Of a stretch of DNA of 64,000 bases, positions 53,701 to 62,700 are shown piece by piece. The notes under the pieces are model-generated. The model was given only the letters and a program-made list of their open reading frames with translations. It was not told the origin of the DNA and did no database searches. The position numbers and the translations under genes are program-made. Each line of letters starts with the position of its first letter. Position 1 is the first letter of the stretch. Source of the stretch: Botryllus schlosseri. Lineage: Eukaryota. The stretch lies in NCBI GenBank assembly GCA_051294905.1, contig CM119381.1, forward strand, positions 11,904,001 to 11,968,000, written 5' to 3'.

Positions 53701-56700
53701 ATATAGAATATTTGAGAAACGTTTCGAAGGCACATACCTGGTGGGCAATTCATGCAATCACCCACAGCCGTCAATCCCGCTTTGCTGCCATATGTTCCTG
53801 CTGGACACAGCTGATATGTAGTCACAGTTGCTCCGACACCACAATAGTAGCCTAAAGTAGAACATAGAAATTCAACAGCTGCAAGCTTCCACGATAAGGA
53901 ACATATGATTGGGATAGAATACAAACTGAGATTCACGAATATCACCCCAGCAAACTTGTTTAGAAACTAATTTAAAACAAAGAATTGTAAATCGATGGTA
54001 TCCTTATGAATTGAAAGAAAAGGTACAAATCATGATGGATGTGACCTGTAGTTTATTAACTATGATTGAGGCTACAGACACATTTACAATCACTGTTAAG
54101 CACCGTCTCTTATTTTCATAACGCTTTTAAAGTTAAAAGATTTCAAATAATGATTTGGTAATGATGTATCCGGATTATTACTAATTTTTTCAAATTCGAT
54201 CATTCACAGGTGGATAGATACGAGTAATAGATAGACAGATACTTTTGTCAAGTGTTAATACCTCAAAATGATATAGTATGCATCAAATTCCAAGCAGTTC
54301 ATAGACAGTTTAACATGGAATCTGAAGACAATGAGAAAGTAGGCCTATCTAGCTTTTGCAGCATTCAATATTCTTTATTGGTAAAACATGAAGTTAGTAC
54401 CAACGATCAAACAATTGGTGTGAAGAATATTTTGGAAAAATTCCCTACCGTGTCAAAATAACACGACGTATAAGGCTAAATTTTAAAACTTGATATGGTG
54501 CTTGTCACAGATTGTTAACCGGATAGTAGGTTAGATATTTCAAATTAGATACCGTAAGGGTAATTGAAGCAAATGTTTGATACTGCTTCTTCATATCGCT
54601 TTACAATTATGAAACAAATTTAGTCGGAAATCTTGTTGCTTCAACTATTTAGTGTGAAAAGATAAGTTGACAGTTACCGAGAGGGCATTCATGATCGGAG
54701 GGTGTAGGCGACGTACTCCCTGCAGGACACAGGTACCCTGCAGTGCAGTCTTGGCACCCTGTTGTTGATCCCTGAGTTGAATATGTTCCTGTAAATTGAG
54801 AATAAAAGATAAAGATCACATCATCCCATCCTGATGAGCAATTGTGTAGAATCTGATGCTGTCGCTCAGTTTTGAAATTCAGCCAATATGATTCGGCTCA
54901 CATGCTGGTGCGTCCATTGAAAGTCACCCGAGACATATCCCATATTCCAACACTGAGGTTTTGTGCAGCAAATTACCAATTTATCATCACTAAGCACAAA
55001 TAATGATATCTGTCGTTTTGAATTGTGATAAACTTTCAATATAAATCATCAGACAAATTGCAATCACTACAACATGGACTCGACTTGACAAAGATATGTG
55101 AAGTATTTGACCAGTACATAAATATATGTATGTGGGGCAAACATCAAAGTCCTGCAGATAATTATCTTCAATTATATCAAACAACATGTTTGTTAAAATG
55201 TGTCATAGAAAGATGTGCAAACTTGGATTGTACAAAAATACCTTTTCTGAATTTTACTGGCTAGTCGTTAATTTTTAGGTTGCCAAAAAAAAAGGCTGCA
55301 CATCAAATTTGACTCCCTTCAAACTTGAAGAGGCGCAAACTAACAATTTTATAAACTAGCGTGCAAAATGGATTGCAAGGATAGACTATATTATTCACCT
55401 TCTTGCAAATACATGTTAAGGGTGATAGAAACATGGCTGTTGCTATAATGACATCAGTGGTGACACTTTCATACTGATGCAACGAGACTGTTGTCTCAAA
55501 TTACTCTGTTGCAGGTTATCACCTACCCTATCAAAAATTATTGCGATCTTCAATCCCTTATATATGGGCTATAAATGACTACATCTAATGACCCCTACAG
55601 AAGCTATAAAAATGAATACTCTACGACGCGGCTGGTACAATTTCGCTTACCTGCAGCACATTCTACTAAATTGGTGGTAGCAGTTCCACTACAATCAAAA
55701 CCGGCTGGACATTCGCTACAATCCACTTGACCTTTACCACTGTAATATCCAGGATCGCAATCACTGTTGGCAGTGCCGTCCGTTTTACCACATTCTTTGC
55801 CTGCTGGACATATCGTACACTCCTGAGACGGACACATGTGTTATTTATATTCACTTTGCGAACATAAGTAAGCTATTACAAACCGTGGCTTGAGCCAATG
55901 CAAAATAGCCAGGAGGGCATTGGATAGGCAAATTATCCACCGATGGGCATTGAAACCCAGCTGGACACTCCGAGCAAGACATCTGTCCGCCGGTACTATA
56001 AAATCCAGGGATACATGCCGTCATAGCACCCTCCTTATCAGTGCATTCATATCCAGGGGGGCATCTGGTACATGACTGAAAAGAAATCGCTGTCAACCAA
56101 AGTAAGCTACCGTATACTATACATGAATAGATAATTGGATATGGCCCTCAATGGAACATAGGAATAGCTGTCAACAAGAACTTAATCTATGCCACATTAA
56201 ATTTTTTGTGCCACATCAATTTTTGCTGTTGGTGGACAGAAACAAAGATGAAATGAAAACTTGATTTTTAAAAATTACTGATTTTTACCAGATGCAAGAC
56301 TTGCAAAACAACGTAGTCATTTGTTCATCCAGTCCAAAATTTATTTCAAGACATTGTATATTTATGTATTATGTACAAATATTTAAAATTGGGTTGGATG
56401 GTATCATAATTCACTGGAATTTATCACGAGTCAGACTGGCAAGGGTGAGTGAAACCCCGATTTATTCTCATTTATTTTCTGAAATTTGATGATTTCTAAC
56501 TCTGGCTACGATTGGAAATGAAGATAATCTTGGCAATTACTTGCTTTTTTTAGAAACTTGTCCAGTTTCATCATCAAAGTCTAGTTTTGGGCGTGGATCT
56601 TGGAATGACACTAGATTTCGGTCTGAAATTTGCAGGGATCCTACATATTTGCATCACTAAAAACTTACAGTCGCCCCAGGTGAAGAATAGTATCCATCCA

Positions 56701-59700
56701 CACACTCTATTATCAGGTTTTGTGACGAGTCAGGACAATAGCTGCCTGCACTGCATTCTGAACATAACGTGGCTCGATCCTCAGAGAAATAGCCCTGGAA
56801 AAAATTTTCCATCAAATAAGATAGTACAATTCTGCTCATAATAAGTATTGAAAGTAAAATACATTCATAGATGTTACCATTGCGTATATTATATTTAAAA
56901 AGTGGTGAGACAGAGCAATACGGTCCAAAAACATTGAATTTAACATCACATAATGTAGAAATCATTTGAAAGTGTTGGAATGAACATTTATTCAGTTGAC
57001 CAATCCCATTTGAAGTAAACAACAAGATTTTCTACATATATTCCGAATCTCGTATCAGTATGTTTCAATTTATACATGCTATATGATTTTCAGCATTACC
57101 GTATATCATAGTTTTTCGTTGCCATTGTTGCCACAATTAGAATTTCATGGTCTATAAATCTAATTGTTACGCCATACTATACATACCGGTACTGATTTTA
57201 CTCAAGAATTTGATTGAATCCATTTAATCTGACGATAACTCTTGATAAGAGCCACCCGAAAAGGCTTCGAGTTATACCAAACATATTCTTGCGATGAGTG
57301 TTGTGATGATAATAAGGCAATTTAGTAACAATATTACATGCAGTACAACATGATGTTTCAATGTGTAAATTGTGAGCAAATAATGAGAAGATGGCATCGG
57401 CCGTGTCAAAATTTTCAAGTTCAAATAACCAAAGAAACCCAAATTTGGAAACCACGCTGAATCTCTAATACTGCATTAGAAACTGAACTAACGCATGGTC
57501 CTCTGACTAATTGCAAGTTAGGTCATTAAAGACTTACCGGTTGACAATAGACTATGCCGGTGCCATCCGCATTAGGGCAGGCTTGACCAGCCGAGCAGTT
57601 GGTGCACGAATCCTGACCGGCGAATGAATACTGTCCGCCGCCACATGTCACAGAAGGCCCCTCATCATTTTTTGGACATGCTTGCCCGGCAGGACAAGTT
57701 TGACAGAATGTCGCTTTTCCCATGGAGTAAGTGCCTAGAAACAATAAGGATTCCTGACATATATCAGTCATATGGTGATTGGTCCAGTCACACAAATAAT
57801 TTACCCATATTCAATAATAATTTTTATCAAGATCACTGATTCATAGCTCCTTGTCATATTCTATAGGATTATAAGGCGTTTTTGACATGTATTCCAATAT
57901 ATTCCAGACTCCAAAATTTATGGTTTCAATGCTTCCGAAAAGGTCTGATCACTGGCAGCAAGTTTCTGCCATAGTTACTACATCGCAGCCCTATTTACCG
58001 GACACTGTGGATCGAAAATAACCCAGAATGGCCGGGATATCTTGGCAGACTGGATCTGATTGCATATTCAGTGAACTTGAGATCTGTGTTTTAAAAACAT
58101 AGCGAAAGTATTCTACTCGGAGGTACTGTGCTCTATTTCCCATCTGTCCAATAATTCAACATTGCTAAATTTAGAACAAGCCATTTAATTAGGCATAACA
58201 GAGTCTGTGAAGATAATAAATGTCACTGGTTTAATCAAAGTTTTGGTTCATTGCTCAGTTCTCATTTAGGGACTGTGACATTACCTTGCGGACATGCCTG
58301 AACGTAAGCCTCGTCGGTGTACGGGCAAAAACTCCCGGCGGGGCAGTCCGTACAATTGAGTACTCCTTCCGGCGAATAAGTTCCTGGGTCGCATGCTTCA
58401 ACAATTCCCTGCAAACATCGAAATCGCACAGATAAAGATTCAACACATTAGTTTAGTCACCTTGCATGAAATTAGAAAATTAACTCGACCTCGCACCACT
58501 AAATTTTTGCTTACAAAATCACAATTGCAGCCGTTGCAATTTCAAAATATTTGAAATTAACAGTGATTCTTCCATTGGGCACACTACCATATTCCTATCT
58601 ATTTCTCTCATCAACAATAAATACACAGGCATTCAAAGAAGCAAGTACCATACCCCTATACACGAAGCCCCACCAGGACAAGCAACGCATGTCGCTGAGC
58701 CAGCAGGAACATATGAGCCATCAGCGCAGTCGACGGGTGCAGTACTAGAAAAAAACGAAAATCAGTAACACGGTAAATCCTATCCCCACGGCACATCTAG
58801 GAAAATATCATTACAAATTATACAAGACAAAACATGAATGTCTTTTGGAAGCTTCAGGCAAACTCTCGCAAACGATAGTGCTTATAGGAAGTTCCTGGTC
58901 AAATCTAGCAAAAGAGAATATTTATAGAAAGTTTTTGGCCAAAACTCACAAGAGAATACCGGTATTTATAAAAAAAATTCCTGACCAAATCTCGCAAAAG
59001 AGAATCTTTAACGGAAGTTCCTAGCAAAATATTGCAAAGGATAATGTGCAGAGGACATTTGTGGCAAAATCCCTACGAAAAATAACATATATAGAAAGTT
59101 TGTAGCAAAATCTTGCAATGAATAATGTTCATAGGAATTTCATGACAAAATCCAACAAAGAATAATGTACAAGAAGTCACTGGTGAAATCTTACGTTGGG
59201 TCTGAACATGTCTTTCCGTCTGGGCATGTTCTACATTCTGTTTGACCAGTTAGACCATCGGTAGTGGTTCCAGAGGCACATTTTTGTGGTGCCACATCTG
59301 GTGTTGGGCATTTGTAGCCTGTGAAAAATTGAAAAAAGGCTCTATACCTCGTTTGCATTAAAACTTGCTCTGAAAGACAGAGAAGTCATGAAAATCGCTT
59401 GGTCATATACATTTGGTGGCCGCAAACACGAATTGAGGTTTTGGAGCAAAATCATGCAGGCGACAACACATAAGGTAATTGCCTAGGGCCATAACTACCT
59501 CAGTTTAAGCACTACTATTCATCATATCTGCAGTCAGACATTTTAAAATTTGGCATCCACCTATACTAACTGTAATCGTGCTTATGGAATTGAGCGGATT
59601 TTATATATACCGTTTTATCAGGAATGGCGAAGAGAAACAAGAGTCTGGAAGTCTAAATAGTATACGAATGACTAACCTACTACGATAAACACAACAACTT

Positions 59701-62700
59701 TCCTTTAATTGAAACCATAAACAAATGCTGTGATTGCATCTAATGCTCTACTAACGTTCAGGTATAATTTTGCAAGGTTAAGCATAAAGTTATATTATGT
59801 CAAATACCGGTAAACATATTTATCAACTTAAGAAGTAAGACATTTGTTCCGATTCATGACAAACATACCAACAGGACATGCGTGACAGGTTCCGTTCCCT
59901 TCCAAGCTGTATTCACCAGTTGCACATGGACCTAAAATAGCTCCTTCCGAGCAGTTTGAACCAGAAGGGCAGCTGGAACAACGGACATCACCCTGTAAAT
60001 ATTTCGATTTAAAAAAATCACCGCACTCCGTGCTATCAAGTAGAACGACGAGCAATAAAATTTATGATTTATGGAACATTTTATGGAAATGAAAATTTGA
60101 CTCCAGGAATGCACCACTGCTCTGCATATACTTTGATATAGCAGAATTGTTCGTCAATTCCATATACAAGAATTGAACATTGAAACTTTGATTTATCAAG
60201 TACCAGTATCAGAGTGTTTCTTTTTCAGCCAGAAATATTGAACAATGACTGTCGAAAACCACAGAAACAGACCTAATTGTTCTGTCACCCAGGGACACCG
60301 CAACCATGAATAGCTAATTTTGGCAAGTGATCAATACTTATTCTGGTTCAAAATTCAACAACATCTAATCCGTGCAGAGTGAAAACTTCTCTTCCACAGC
60401 AGAACCTGTATCTATCTTAACTTAACTTGACTTTTTGTGCAAAATGCGAAATTAGTAACAACACCGCTTCAGGTCATTTGTCAGGAATGCAAGCAACTTT
60501 CAAACTTTTCTCAGACTGCGATCGTGCCACGCTCAACGAAAGCAAAAAACTAAAGCATATCTTTAAAAAGTCTTTACACCTAGATATATAATCGAAAAGA
60601 CAGAAATCTAGGAGTAAATGTCGATTCATATGGCATTTTAACAACAAAAACTACAGAAAAAGCAAATCTCAATCCAGCAAAAAAATTTATTTTCTACAAA
60701 ACACACGCTTTGATCATACTTTATCTCACCTCGGCAGAGTATTGACCACTATCACAATAAATGGGGGAATCAGCAGGAATAAGGCAACTTTTCCCAGCGG
60801 GACATGGCTGACACTCAACTTCGCCTGCAGTCGAATAGGATCCTGGATCACACGCAACTGGACCTGCCGCAGGATCGCTACAATGGAATCCTGCTTCACA
60901 CGAAATGCAGGACTAAAGGAAAAGATATTGCAATCGTTAGCATAACTAAAATTGAGTAAGTGTCATCTGCAACAGAGAAACAATGGTCATAGCTCCAAAT
61001 ATGAAGAAAAAATCAATTGAAATATGTTGGTCATATTACCTAGTCAATGATTGGATTCCTCAAGAATGTATCAAAACATGAAAATAATGAAAGGGTTAAC
61101 AGCATTCATGAAATTCATTGGGTACTATCAAATCAGGTGGATTTCAAAACCAGAGCTGCAGATTTGTTGAGTGACCCTGTGTACACAATACAGATCATGC
61201 GAGAGCAGTGCTTTTCAACCTTTTTGAGCTTCATTCGCACTTTTTTTGTAAAATAAATTTCATTCGCACAAACTAACCGAATATTGATATAGAAAAAGAA
61301 GATCTGTTTTCAGAAGAACGCCCATTACTGAAATTCATTTCTGTTTAAAAATATTGTCGATGTTGTTCAAAATGTGGTATTCTCCCTTTAGAAACGCGAA
61401 ACCCCCTCCTTAAACGTGAAACCCCATCCTTTTGAAATGGCTCTTCAGACCCTAATACTCGGTTGCAATTCAATAAGTCGTATTATCAGTGTTGCGCGCG
61501 GCCAAATAACGAAAGGCGTGATACCAATTAGCGAGATTCGTCATTGCGCATCGCACTGCAAATGTGACGTGACACGAGCGACACGATCTCCCGCTGAGAT
61601 AATTGCGAAATTAGGTCATTTATTGCCGCGCGCTCTGCAATCGTTGCTAGCCTGATTTATCGTGTCTCCAACAAGCCTAGTTCCGCTGGCTTGAATAATC
61701 GCATCTGCAATTGGCCGTGTGTGCACGATATCATCGCTGGTCTACACAATCGCATCTTCATTGGCTTGGTGCGCACGATATCATCGCTGGTCTGCACAAT
61801 CGCATCTACAATAGGCCTAGTATACGAAAGATATCGCTAGCCTAACTACCGCGTCTTCGGCCTACCATACTTTGGCCGGGGCTGCGTAAGACGCATTGGT
61901 CAGCGCGCGTATTTTATTGTTCGATGCCTTGATAAGCGTGAGTATTCAATTGTTCACGACAGATCAGGGAGTTGCTAATTAACAGCTCTTTCGGACTCGC
62001 CGACAAGATTATCATACGCGTATAATCGTCAACACGAGGATGTTGTATAATCGTTATTTACGCATGTACTTAACCCTAATGAATTGATGCTATATTACCA
62101 GGGCCGTAACTGCCGCACCCCAAACCCAATTTATGCAATATTTTCAAAAATATTTCGCACTAGGCGCAATTTCAAGTCGCCAAATATCTTGAATATTGGG
62201 TGCTCTTCCCCTAAGAAAAAATACGCAAGATTTATAGAAATGGGCATATCGGCGTTGGCCACGAAAGCACGAAGGACAAAGACATTAACGTTTTAGGCCA
62301 CGAAACATGCAACTCCAAGAAGTGTGCCAGAACGATCGCAGCGAGACAAACACACAAGACTAATACCATCCTGCAGGAAAAAATTACATGCCAGTGAAGA
62401 AATACCAATACGAAACCGTGTGATCTTTCAGTCTAGTACGTTTGAGCGATTCTATATTTTTGATAAAGCAGACAGGAGGTCACGAAATAACATCATGTAA
62501 CGAAGTCATACCAACGGGTCCGCCCGCCCGAAGATGTTCAATCATTATTTACTAACTGTACAGTTTCAAAGACACCTCACTCAGCTCTACTGGTAAAACT
62601 CATTACACGTGCAGAGAGGACAAGACATTGATAGCAATATCTATGCAATTCCCAATCGTATTGACCGATTTTATCATGAATAATCGAAAATTTTCGCGCT

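Noticed and set aside
54834-54885. Canonical hammerhead (CTGATGAG...GCTC...GAAA)
   Set aside because: Six extra bases separate the putative stem II from GAAA, and there are no convincing stems I or III.
55020-55060. Minus-strand CTGATGA...GAAA motif
   Set aside because: No stem II closing pair and a mismatched stem III; expected by chance in AT-rich DNA.
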